Positions 50,857 through 63,134 of a stretch of DNA of 64,000 nt are shown here, one piece after another. The notes below the pieces were generated by a model. That model was not told the origin of the DNA, did no database searches, and worked only from the letters and a program-made list of their open reading frames with translations. The number at the start of each line of letters is the position of its first letter. Position 1 is the stretch's first letter. Origin of the DNA: Antedon mediterranea (taxonomy: Eukaryota > Animalia > Echinodermata); contig NC_092677.1 of NCBI RefSeq assembly GCF_964355755.1, forward strand, positions 16,514,101 through 16,578,100. Direction: 5' to 3'. Made by a program: the position numbers and the translations under genes.

Positions 50857-53800
50857 TCAACCATTCTTTTCTATACATACTTTTACAACATAAAGTTTTT
50901 TAGAAGTTAGTACAAAGAGTCTTTGATTAGTAGCTTGCATGCCAAGTATATCATCAGTAACATCTAAACTTATCACCTGCTGTTTAGCAAGTTCATTGAC
51001 AACACGACCACTTTTTCGATTTCTTAACGGCGATAACGTTGGACTCGGTTGGTGATAGATATAGAGATGCCGAACACAATCGCATAATACAGCATATGAG
51101 GTATCCTGGGAACAGGATGCAAATTTCTTTGATGTTTTAGCGGCCTGTATGTAACCTAGTGCGTTGAATGTCGCGGCATGTTTCCACGCATTGGACTGCA
51201 GTTCATCTGGTGTCACTGATTGCCAGACAATGCCATCAACATCGTGACGAAGACAGATGCATGGCATTTGTTTTGGATCAAGAGTCACGTTGAACAGCCA
51301 CTGGTGACCACCTAAACTAACCTGTAAAAAAAGTTTATTTACCATCATATATTCAATATTCTGTAAGTAACAACTATGAACTCTAAATGCACATGGTTTA
51401 TGACATTTTTTAGCAATTACACATTACTTTATTATTACGTTACAGAATGTATAAACATATAGTGTGGTCCAAATTTTTGCAATAAGTAAATTCTTGGCCA
51501 GACTCAAATTAAAGTGTCTTGAATTAAAAAGCCATGCAATGGTAATAATATATTAAAATATACAATTAAACTTGCTTTATTAGTGATCTCGTTTGTATTT
51601 CCATCAAACCTCGACATGGATGCATCAGCCTCCGGGCAGGCATCGCAATCTTCAAGCTCCTGGGGTGTAATTCCAGGTCTGAATCCCCCAGGATGGGGAG
51701 ATGGACTCTGCAAGAAAGAGATAAAATTGTTATTCTCAATTTAGCAGCTTGTAGATAGACAATACTACACAGAAACTGATATAATATAAGTCAATGTTCT
51801 CTTACTAGTTCCTCTGACGTTAAATGTGCTAATTTTTCATGGATGATTCGTGCTTGGTCAGGATCAATTACATAGCGCCCTCTGGAGTTTCCTGTTACTA
51901 CTTCACTCCACATTGTGCCAATGTCTTTCTTTGCAAGCATCAAATCTAGTCTGAAAAAAGTGGGGGGAAAATTACCAAATTGTTTATTTATTCTCAACAG
52001 TTGTCAATGACAGGAAAAAAATGGAAAGAATACAATGCAAAAATGCCTTTTTTTTTGCAATTGCCCAGTCAAAAGTTCATGAACTGAAATATTTATTTTA
52101 AGGTTAGTTTAAATACAGCTTCCCACATGACAATCTTTCCTAAAATACAGTGGTTACTGTTCTTTCACAATATGGGCAACAATTGTAGCAAGCTAGGCTA
52201 GCTAGGTCTACTTACCATTATTTCTGCTACTAGTCTCTAGTTGAAAAGGGCACTTTAGACAAAAGGGGTTTGTTAGGTCAGTTAAAACATTTTTTCTAAA
52301 ATATAGTTGTTATTTAGACAAGGCGGTTTATTTATCCACAACCAAAAAACTGTTGCAAGCTAGCTAGGCCTATTTAGCATTACTTGCACTGTACTTCAGA
52401 CAAAGGAAGGTTTATTTCAAACCCTCAAACCTCCACAGGCTTGGTTACACATGATTCTTTATCATTGACTTTCTCTATAATTTATAGAGAATGTCAATGA
52501 TAAAGAATCATGTAACCAAGCCTGAGTAATACACCTACTCAGAAAAATTGCATAATACAGTACCAAGAAATGGCTGACAGTATGTCATCTTACTTTTTAT
52601 TTTCTACGGTCCATGAGCTTGTTTCTACATCTATGTACCTCGGTAGTTCTCCTTTCAGCAATACTATATCATTCTTGATGCTGATCTCAATGTGATCATG
52701 TGTCAATCGTATCGTGAGATCATCTTTTGTCGCGTCTTGCGGTATGATGAATGTTACGATGACATCTTCTTGAGTTTGTGTCCATGTGTAAAGCGGTATT
52801 TCTTCTTAAAATATTAAATATTTATTTAATAATTTGTTGCAAACCATTTTCTTTTATGAGTAAAGTATAGTCCTAGAGAATTATTTGAAAGTGTCTTTTA
52901 TAGAAATTATCTTCCATTATCAAAAGAAAAATTTTTAACAAAAGAAAATATTTACCCTCTTGTTCACTTTCTTCTGTATGCCCGTTTGATGTTATCGGCT
53001 TAAAAGTGTTCTGAACAACCTCAAAATCTGTTTCACTTGCCCACACTACAGCGCCACCATTACCGTCAATGGCTGCCATCCATGGAGCACTAGCCCCACT
53101 GAACTTTCGTCGCCCTATAATCTTTATAGATACATCTTCTGCAAGAAAAAAGGTAAGGAATACTATAACCCATTCATTACAATTATTAAAAATCATTATG
53201 GCACTTAAAAGCGACAAACAATTTTACTGTAATGATTAAAATGTGGTAAAGGATTTGGTACTGTATCAAAGATACCGATTGCTTAAATTACAGTATTAAC
53301 TCAAAGGGGGAAAAAACATATCGCGGGTGAGTAAATACTAAAAAAATTAAATTGACTTTCAATTTATTGTCGACAAGAATAAGAAATAAAATCATACATT
53401 GACAAAGGGTGAGGATATAATAAACACAAGTAAAAGACCAAACAAAATGAAAATATATAAAACGTGATAAATCTACATATACAAATAATTAAATAAATTT
53501 TGTTAAGTTTGTCTATTAAATAAATATTCCTTGACATATTCAACAAAAAGTTTCTTGCTTGAAACAGAACCCACAACCCCTTGACCACATCACTATGCAA
53601 ACCATGCAGCCAATAAAACAAGTTAAACTTTGTAATGAACACTGTTACGTATGCGGTGGGATGTCATATCATTTACTGTATTGTAGCAGCCATAAATTTT
53701 AATACAGTAGTGTATTTCTGGACACAACTTCATAACAAAATGAGCCATACTATTCATATAGATGACTGGTCAGAATTAGTTATTTAACCAGGTCATTTTT

Positions 53801-56285
53801 CTTTCTTTTTTATAGGCACAGTTTATCACTAACTTTGGTGGTTAAGGACCACCTTAACCTAGTAAACAACTAAGCATGCATTGAGAGGTCTTGAAGGGTA
53901 ATAGATTACACCAACAAATATTCTACCTGTTGTATTAGAAAAAGTAATCCATTCAAGAATAACTTCAAAACTGTCATCTTTCCCTGAACTTGCAGATCCA
54001 GACTTTGTTTTCTCCTGCATGTAAAGCAGCAAGCATTCATACACAGGTTCATCCCCATTCAGGGTATGTATCACAGAGTCTAATAGTACAAAAGGCTGAC
54101 TATCCTCACAAACCATATCTGAATATAGTACCTATAAAAAAGTAAATTAATCTCTGGGTTTCAGGTATATGATTACTAATTAATGAAATACCAGCCAATC
54201 ATTTTTCTTTGATGGTACAGTACACCAGGTTAGAGTGAATATCACTCTTATCCTTATTATACCACTGGTTGGTGCTGGTAGGCCTACAGTACAATTAAAT
54301 TAATAGAACAGTTCCACACGATAATAGAGAAATCCTATCTAACCATGATGAAAGAAGACTTGTCTCCAAACTTATCTCCATTTAATAATTATAATAAATG
54401 GGGCTTATATTGCGCGTTATACAAAGCTTCAATGCACTTAAAAAAGAACGAAAAGCGGAAAAATAAATCTGACAAAAAATGTGATGTGATACCATATTTG
54501 AGCATATCACTACCATATTTGGGCATATCACTACCATATTTGGGCATATAACTACCATATTTGGGCACATCACTACCATATTTGGGCACATCACACTTTT
54601 TTGTCAGATAACGTTTGATAGTGTAGACAGAGCTTTAGAGGGAAAAAAATAGTTAAAAAAGGTAAGTTTTCAGAGCAGCCTTAAAATGAATGAGTTGACA
54701 ATGACTACAATAAAATTTAATGACAAAAAACAAGATCGACGTTTCGGAACCGTCATGGAACCATTTTCAAGATCAAGTGATCGATTTATACAAAAAAAAC
54801 AACACCAATGGGTGACAGGAAATACTAATTAATTGGTTATTTAACATCAAAGAAGGCCTACAATACTAAGAACTTAAGTATTAATTAGCTCCTCCTTCTT
54901 AATTAATAAACAATTTAGCTTTGACTGAATCGGTTTGTTTATTAAGTGTAGGTTTTTGTAGATTTGACAGTTTGTAGAATATCCAGTTTAAATCATTTCG
55001 CTTTTATGACGTGGCAAACTCCTGGTACATGGTTCAGTAATCTAGAGGTCAAGTAAGTAAACACAAACAGATTACAATAATATACAAACAAACCTTCCAT
55101 GGAATGAGTTCAGCAGTGTCTCTCTCACCAGTTGCCAGAATAATCAATGTTCCTGTTCCATCTGATAAGATGCCGATCGTTTCAGATGGAAAGGATATTG
55201 ATACATTGTGTCTGTGCAAGGTTCTCTTCTGATCAAAATCAGGAATTTCAAAAACAATCTCTGGATTATTTAACTGTGTCTCCTAAATTAAAAATAAAGA
55301 TATTATGCATTGGTACCTGGAAGATTCAAGTGCTAATTTATTTAAATTTACAGATGATGACATTAAATACAAACATATGCAAAATATGTCAAATCAAAAA
55401 GCATACTTACTAAAATCACCCGTAAACGCCTAACATGCCATTTCTCATCAATGTAGTAGACATTGTTTGTATTAAAAATATCCAAGAAAAGGTGGTTGTG
55501 CAATCCAAACGCTTTCACGTGTTGGTAGGAATATTGATCGTCGCGTAAACGCACAGAATCTATTCCTGAAAACCAAGAAAAGAAACAAGAAAGCAAGATA
55601 AACCAACTTAACAGTACATGTCCAATCTTTAAGCATTTTGCGCATGAATAATGAGTTCAGTAGGTTATATCTCAAGGTAAGTCTGCACCAGTTCATATTA
55701 GGTTATTAAATCACACTATAATGCACAGATGATGTGCCCTAAAGTGAAAGATTGATTGAAATGACTAATAATGAATTGAATTACACAAAGTATACAGTAT
55801 AACAATACCATATTGAAACACTGATTCTCATCAGATCACCAAAGTAAAGCAACGTTCGGCTTGGTAGAACTTGGATGGTAGAATGTCTAGCAAAATAATG
55901 GGTACTTTCATTTCATATTCACAAAAGTGTGGGATCCTCTCCTAGTGTGCTGATTTAGGTGGGCTTGCACTTGCTTGTTGCTGTGAGTCCTGATTAAATA
56001 ATAATCAAATTTCCTTTGTTTCCATTAAGCATGAGGACCTGCTGTATTCTGCCTGTATTATGTAATAGCAGGGAGTTGTAAAATAATAATTCATTCAAGT
56101 TTTTTTCAGCAGAAAAAGAATTAGAAAACTATGTATGAACATAATGACTAATGTACGATTAATTGTTTACCTGACTCTATTGGTAGTGAATAGATTGGCA
56201 ATGAATCTAATGACAGTTTATACCCATCAAAATTTGGATCCAGCTGTGTTCGATCAACACTTAATGTCTCGGTAATTTCTGCCAT
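50857..56285 (-). CDS. NUDCD1: NudC domain-containing protein 1 (about 599 aa)
   Basis: Exons 56171-56285, 55411-55565, 55094-55282, 53927-54131, 52956-53138, 52594-52804, 51806-51950, 51576-51707, 50857-51321. Motifs LDPNFDGYKLSL, LRDDQYS..HVKAFGLHNHL, CS-domain start YTWTQTQEDV, QELEDCD, CLRHDVDG and FNALGYIQA. Confidence 0.93.
52436..52524. repeat. Near-perfect 89-bp palindrome in a NUDCD1 intron
   Basis: CAGGCTTGGTTACACATGATTCTTTATCATTGACTTTCTCTATAA pairs with TTATAGAGAATGTCAATGATAAAGAATCATGTAACCAAGCCTG. Confidence 0.9.
54468..54635. mobile_element. MITE family A, partial copy with expanded 21-bp internal repeat
   Basis: (ATCACTACCATATTTGGGCAC) about five times, then GTTTGATAGTGTAGACAGAGCT. 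Confidence 0.8.
54725..54965 (-). mobile_element. Penelope-like element 3' remnant with hammerhead-like motif
   Basis: Minus frame KPTLNKQTDSVKAKLFIN* resembles the C-terminus of Penelope GIY-YIG ORFs. It is followed by GATCTTGAAAATGG...CCGAAACGTCGATC. Confidence 0.7.
55797..55906 (+). pseudogene. Degenerate 5S rRNA-derived sequence (pseudogene or SINE3 head)
   Basis: ATACCATATTGAAACACTGATTCTCATCAGATCACCAAAGTAAAGCAACGTTCGGCTTGGTAGAACTTGGATGG aligns by eye to animal 5S rRNA with many substitutions. Confidence 0.75.
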
Positions 56286-57464
56286 TATTAAATGTTATCT
56301 TGACTTCTATATAATTTATACATAGTCCTAGATAAAAAGAAAATTACAGTATTTAATAAGATATAATATAGTAATAATATTCTGTATGCCTATAAACTAT
56401 ATTTAATAAAGGCAACTTAACAGGATGCTGAATGAGCTCCTCCAGAGATCAATGGGTTTATCTGTGGCTGTGATCAAAGGACTGTTACGAATTCCTATCT
56501 TTGCAAGGCGATCTTGGTGTCCTGCTGTTGATAGATTGTCTACAGAGTGGGGCCGGGAGGGCCTTTTTTATTCTGACCACATTAAGTCCCAACCCACCAA
56601 GAAGAAGAGTTTTCTTAACTAAATTGTTTACATACTATTTCCCCATATAAAATAGGCCTATGTACGCTCTTAGGCCAATTGGCAAAGGTAGGACCTAAGC
56701 TACTAGTAGTAGGGCTAGGGCCTCTAGGCCTATGTCTATACTTCTAACTACTGACATCTTAGTCATCATTATAGGTTAGATAGTATAGGCCTAGCTCTGA
56801 ATGCCAAACCTAGCTAACTAGGCCCTAGGCCTACTACTATAGTATTACTAGCCTAGCCTAGCCTAGTAGTTGGCATAATAGGCCTAGGCTAGGCCTACTA
56901 GGGCCTAGGCCTATAGTATAGGCCCTAGTCAGAATAAATTGCGCACCGCCGCGCCGCCTGGCGATTTCAATTAAAAATTTCACAAACACAACCACAACAG
57001 GCTTACAAAGTTTATCCGTGACAGATCATACAAAACTAGGCCTATGTTGTAAAACAAATTGTATTTGTACCCTCCCTCCTATGCTGCTATGGATGTGGTC
57101 AAAGAATATATATGTCATGTGGTGCATGTGGAGGTGTACAGTCTGTACTGCTGCTAGCAAAGAACTTCAAGTTCTTTGCTGCTTCAAGTTCTTTGCTGCT
57201 ATGTACACCAACACACGTCACACACGTCACCGCCAAAAAAGGGGTTATTCCAAATTAGAACGAGTGTTGACTTCTCTTTGGAAGAATACAGTACTACTAG
57301 GCCTAGGTCAGGTAGGCCTAGTAAGTTAACTAAGTAAGATCGTTTAATAAATTGTAGATATTTTCAATTTGAAAATAATTAAATAGTATTCGTTATATCG
57401 TTTTAATTATTCATTTACAATTCTATTTTTTTTGCAATTATGTGGACTACACTTTTTAATGCCA

Positions 57465-57590
57465 CATGGAAACCCCCTCTGATACAATTGAGTCGACTAG
57501 ATACAAGGGGATTTCCCTTTCTTATCCGGAAGTTGATGAGATGATCGTCGAACCTGGATCATCCTCGCTGTTTGCTTTCGTTTTAAAAAA
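57465..57590 (+). promoter_or_regulatory. NF-kB, Ets and IRF-like site cluster upstream of the death-fold gene
   Basis: GGAAACCCCC at 57468-57477 (reverse complement GGGGGTTTCC) and GGGGATTTCC at 57507-57516 both fit GGGRNWYYCC. CCGGAAGT lies near 57526 and CTTTCGTTTT near 57575. Confidence 0.55.
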
Positions 57591-58462
57591 AGAAGAGTAA
57601 ACTCTATTTATAAACTATGGTTTGTAAACGAACGTATTTTAAATAGTAGAGTGGAATTAACCAATAACTAAGTCAGACCCTAGCAGTGCTATTTCAGTTC
57701 AGTCTGTACTGACTGATCCAAACAGTCTTGTTTTTAGATGCCCTTTCTTAGGAGGTCTCGGGGGAGGTCTGGTTTAGAAATAGGGCCTATTCTATAAAAA
57801 GTACTTTGATAGGCTAGACCTAGCAGGACGCTGAGTGTTCCACTTGCCCAGATAGGCTATTGTAATGGACTTTGATCTGTAGTGTTAGGCTTTGACGAAT
57901 TAATATGTTGAATTGTTGTTATTGCTATTTAATTTCATTTTGACATCTCATTTTTAAAATTGATTTGATTGAATTAGACACAAAGTTTCAGATTTAACAG
58001 TTCTTTTAAGTTCTTTTTTTTTGTGAATTGAAATTGTGTCGTGTACCATTAAATTTCATTTTGACATTAAAATGCGTACATGATATATATACTCACTTTA
58101 TTGTTATGTTTCCCAAAGAAGTGTCCCTAAGACATTCTCATTAATTCTAGCATTGATTAATTTATATTGAAAGTTGGAAGGGTTTTGAATTAAATCAATA
58201 AGCATTTTTGCTGTTTGTATCCCATGTCACGTACACAATTGATCAACCATAAACTTTGGTATGAAAAATCTTCTATCTTCAAATGTTTTATGTTATAAAA
58301 CATTGGAGAACATTTTCAACAATTTTTATTTAGAATTAACATTAAAGTTCCTGGTTATGCATTATTTCTGTGAGTTCTAAAAACAAATTCTAATTATATT
58401 GTTCGTGAAGCTCCTATGACACTGTTTCTTACTACTATTGTTTTTTCTTTTTTATTTTAGAA

Positions 58463-61400
58463 ATGGAGACAAGATATCTTATTGTCAACATGGCTAAATC
58501 AGGTAGAACTTAATGGAATTCAAAGACTATGAAGCTTGATTTTACAATCATTGCATATAACATTCACCCTTCCTTACCTTACAGATGATAGAATAATGTG
58601 TAATCATTTCAGACCAAGAAAATAATTATTTGCCATTACAAACTCTACTATGTTTGCATTTGCCTCATAATTTGCATTCAGAGTATATTTTGCTAAAGGA
58701 TAACCAAGATTGTTTCTACTTTACATACTGTATTTATAAATAAAGTTGTTTCTGTTGTTATTGTTTTTTAAGAAATATTTGTGTTCAAACAAGTTGGTAT
58801 GGTATTTTACATTTTTGTTTTCTTTTTTTCCTAGAAATATCTGGCAAATCTTTTAACCAGACTTTGGTATGTTTTTCAACTTGGTATGATGACCGATCCC
58901 TCATCACAAAACTGAAAGTTTTGTACCAAGGTTATATTGCAGATGCTGACATACACAATGCCACTATGACGATGGACTTAATGAAACATTTGACGAATTC
59001 TGGACATCTTAGTTCAAAAAATCTAACCCTTCTATATGATACCATAAAAGCTACTAAACAGTTTGGTATTGTAGACGAGCTTCGAGTTCACATACCAGTA
59101 CCATCATTTTCTAGTGCTAAAGAGATGGTTATTTCAAAATTCAGTCATCATCAACAAAAAGTTCTGAATTTGGGTAATGTTCTAATAGAGGAGGATGTAA
59201 TAAAAATTGACAATATTTACAATGATCCACCAAAGAAGTATAAAGATGGATGGAACCTTATACTTCATCTACAACACAAAACCATCATATGTGAAGCAAA
59301 AATGGATGAATTTGTGGAGACCTTAAAAATTCTTAAAATTCCCCATGCTGTGGACATTTTTACTAAAGGTATATAGCCTACATTAATTCATTTTCAATAG
59401 TACATTTTGCAATGTAGCACTACTGTATTAGAAAGATCTTAAATTGATGCAGGCCAAAGCATAGTATTTGATACTACAGTTAAATGAAATGTATTATCAG
59501 GTAGTATAAAATATTAGGAAGTTGAAATATTTAAACTCTACTGAAATTTAATATAGAAAGACACAATGTATCAAGTGGAAGACAATATTGATTAGTTTTG
59601 TAGCATACAAATTAAATAATATTTGCTACAAGAAGACATAATATTTACTATTATTTTAAAACCGTTTTCAATGAAATTCAACTCTTGCATTTATAGTCAT
59701 TGTTTGCTAAATAATGATTGAACTGTGATAAATTGTCAATTTTCTAAATATGTCTTTTTCAGCCATTAATGTATTTTTCTATTATTATTAAAGAGGCTCA
59801 ATTACACTTAACTCTGAAACGTAAACGAGGAAGATCTAACTCAAGCTATCAACCTCCTTCGTCATCAGAAAGAAACCTTGATGAGTATCAACCTCCTCCT
59901 GGCCAAAGTACAAATCCTGTTGAGATTTTAGATCATCTTAACAAACATAAAGGCAATCTGAAGTTTGATGATGCATTGGAATTTACTGATAAACTACAAG
60001 AGCTTGTTAACTACTACAGTCAGCGTGGTGTAAAATTAACCCTCATGACAGAAGGATGTATAGTCTTCCACTTATCTGTCATTGATAAATATGCGCTGAT
60101 AAATTTACGTGAAATCCATGATAGTGGACAACTTTTGAAAGACTTAGCTGAAATATTAGTAGCAGAGGAAAATCAGCAGAAATTGTTTCAAAAGGAATGG
60201 ATCACACACATTGATCAACTTGAATACCACAATGGACTTTGCATGCTCATAAAAAAAGGTAAACATGTTTTATCATGATATCTATATATACTGGGTTTAT
60301 CATCTAATTTTTCCCCCGAAGTACCCTTTCAGACACATTTGTAATTAGGTTATATGCATTATCATGCATATAACATATTGACTATAACCTTATTGATTTT
60401 GTCAGAATCTTTATTTATTTATTCTTTCCTTAGCACTATTTTGTTCGTCAATTATCTTGAGATCAATTTCATCAGCTAAGTCAATTTTTCAAAGTATATT
60501 CTTTATGGCCAGGAATCGATATGGTTATGTTTTCACGATGCGCAATCAAAAATTACGCGATATTAACGAAATCACGTTTGGAATCATATCTTCACAAGCA
60601 TGTATCATAATCAAATTTGGTACTCATAAATTTCATGGCATATATTTTTTTTTTATTCGATCGAAAACAACAGCAATAATTACCGCCACTAACAGGTTTG
60701 ATACAGACAAAGACAGGACTGTTTAAAGCACCTTGATTGGTCCTAACATTGATCAAGGGCTTCTCTCGTCCAATGCCCACCTTGACCAGAACGTCTGAGG
60801 CAGATACTAGATGCAGGGGCTGCCATATTAAGAGTCAGCAATGCTGATTGTAAACGGGACCCCAGCTCAGTATACAGCAGATTTCCAGATGGTCTCCCAT
60901 CCAAGCTCTAACCAGGCCCAACGCTGCTTAATTTCGGTGATATGACGAGAACCGCTGTTTCAACGTGGTAAAGCCGTATTTCATCATATGGCAATACAAT
61001 TACGTGCGTAGCGCACATAACGCATGTGTACGCGCGCTTATATTTTTAAAAATAGATTTTCCATGAAATTAAAGTACTTTTCAGGAAATTGTAAGCGTTT
61101 ACAAAATTTTTATGATTTTCGCGTTAAACGTTATATGCACTCTTTTTGTTTTACAACCTTTCTAAAATAATTTCATCATATTTTATTCACGTTTTAATTC
61201 GAAATTGCGTTATACGAGCACGTCAAAAGTACGGTGGCCCACAACTGTCACGCACACTATACAAATCATATTCACACAATTAAAGAAGAAATCACACAAT
61301 TAAAGAAGGAATCGCATATAAACAAAAGAAAGCATGAAAATATAAAACGAAATGCACAAATAAAGAAGAAATGTGCAATTAAAGAGCTAAGCATAATTAA

Positions 61401-63050
61401 AGAAGTCCGCAACAAATTCGAAAGCTCCTCGCACAATTATAGAAGTCCGCAACAAATTCGAAAGCTCCTCGCACAATTAAAGAAGTCCGCAACAATTTTG
61501 AAAGTACCTCGCACAATTAAAGTACAGTAGTCCGTATGGAACGCCATCACTGCCTCCGGCAGCAAACTTTAATTCTATTCGGCTCTTATTCGGCCCATTT
61601 ACCATTACGTTCGGCTCTTTCAGCATTCGGCGCATTTCTATTCGGCCCATTTACCATTACGTTCGGCTCTTTCAGCATTCGGCTCTTTTTTATTCGGCCC
61701 ATTTACCATTACGTTCGGCTCTTTCAGCATTCGGCTCTTTTTTATTCGGCCCATTTACCATTACGTGTTATAGATTTTAACATAACGCCAGTGCGCCCTC
61801 TTGGACTGGCGATGTTTGTCCGTTTTTGCTGTCCCATGTAGTTATATTGAGTTATTATTAAAGCCATTAAAATACATTACTCGCATTACATCAGTCAACC
61901 TTATTGGCGTAAGAGATGTGAATAGTGAAAATGATCTTATTAGTTGCACTATGGTTCTCAAATCACTTCACTACATGATAGAAAATACTGCTTTAGTTTG
62001 ATTTTCGTTTTCTTTGCATTGTTTGGATATATAATTTTGTTATTCTGAAATAAAATGATCAATCAAGTGAATTTTTAAAACAATCAAACGTTGACTTGCT
62101 TTTTTATAAAACAATTAAATACCCTTTTTTGTGATCTTTTATTTTTCTGTTTAATAGTGAAAGATGGGTTGTGCAATGTTTAGTTTCATTCATTTGCATA
62201 ACATTTCTACATAAATGATGATATTTAATTTTGCTGACACTGGGGCTTATGAAGTGAATAAAGAAATCACACAATTTAGAAGATTTTTGTAAAATTAAGA
62301 TTCATACATTTTTATTTATTATATCTTATCAATTAGCCAAATCAAAGACATTTGTTGAAAAAAGATCAGAAGAATCAAAAGCAGGTGAGGTATAATACTG
62401 TAAACACCATAATTATTTCAAGTTGAAATCGCAAATGAATATGCAAATGGACTTGAATTCAATTTAGGTCCACAAACATATTTATTCTGCTACATCAATT
62501 CTAATTCTCAATCTTGTATTCTAATGATTAAAACATTCAAGATGTCCGCAACCAATGACTTTCTTAATTTTACTGTACTAGTTGTTTAGTTACATTTTAC
62601 AATAATGTTAACTAGGGGTGGCTGTGGCCTATCTTGTTCAAAGTGATACATCTGCCAATACAATTTAAAAATAAAGTGAATTTTGACCACTTTCCACCAT
62701 TCCGGCTAAATTAACCTCCTGCAAAGCATATTACTGGGATGTATCTTTGTCTTGATATTAATAGAGAAATCACACGATGCATCGTATCAGCCACTGAAGA
62801 AGGAATTACCATTCAGTTCTGAACCAAGTGAAATAGAGTTATTACCAGGTGAATTACAGTTATTTCAATTCAGACCAATTACAAATTGCTTTTATTGGAA
62901 AGAGTGAAGCAAGCATAAAACTACCAGTTAAAAAGTAGTTTGTTTTATGATTTTTATTAATCATTCAAAGTTATCATTTATGTCTTTTAGAAGAATCTAC
63001 GTATTCAGTGCGTCCTAAATGGCCAAGCAGATATACTAAACCTAAAATAG
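58463..63050 (+). CDS. Uncharacterised death-fold protein with tandem DED-like region and TRADD-N-like domain; 3' end not reached in the window
   Basis: Exons 58463-58502, 58835-59368, 59794-60258, 62337-62384, 62765-62848, 62991-63050 join in frame through phase-1 introns. Exon 2 shows a helical DED-like pattern (LKVLY...DLMKHL...G.LS..NL.LL.D). Exon 3 has GCIVFHL...LINLREIHDSGQLLKDLAEILV, resembling TRADD-N-like domains. Domain calls are by eye. Confidence 0.65.
60670..60978 (-). mobile_element. 5S rRNA-derived SINE-like element (SINE3 type)
   Basis: Minus strand TACGGCTTTACCACGTTGAAACAGCGGTTCTCGTCATATCACCGAAATTAAGCAGCGTTGGGCCTGGTTAGAGCTTGGATGGGAGACC is a 5S head. It lacks the 5S 3' stem and T-run terminator and continues into a GC-richer body of about 200 bp. 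Confidence 0.7.
61232..61770. repeat. Two adjacent short tandem arrays resembling DNA-transposon arms
   Basis: GCACAATTAAAGAAGTCCGCAACAAATTCGAAAGCTCCTC about three times (61390-61520). ATTCGGCCCATTTACCATTACGTTCGGCTCTTTCAGCATTCGGC three to four times (61578-61765). Confidence 0.75.
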
Positions 63051-63134
63051 GTAAAGTTTTATAGTATAAGTTTTTTTCGTTTCTGTTATGTTTACATATC
63101 ACTCAGTACTAGATTTTTTTATCTTTGTGAACGC

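Noticed and set aside
60875-60978. Functional 5S rRNA gene
   Set aside because: The 3' stem is altered, there is no T-run terminator or tandem array, and conserved positions are substituted.
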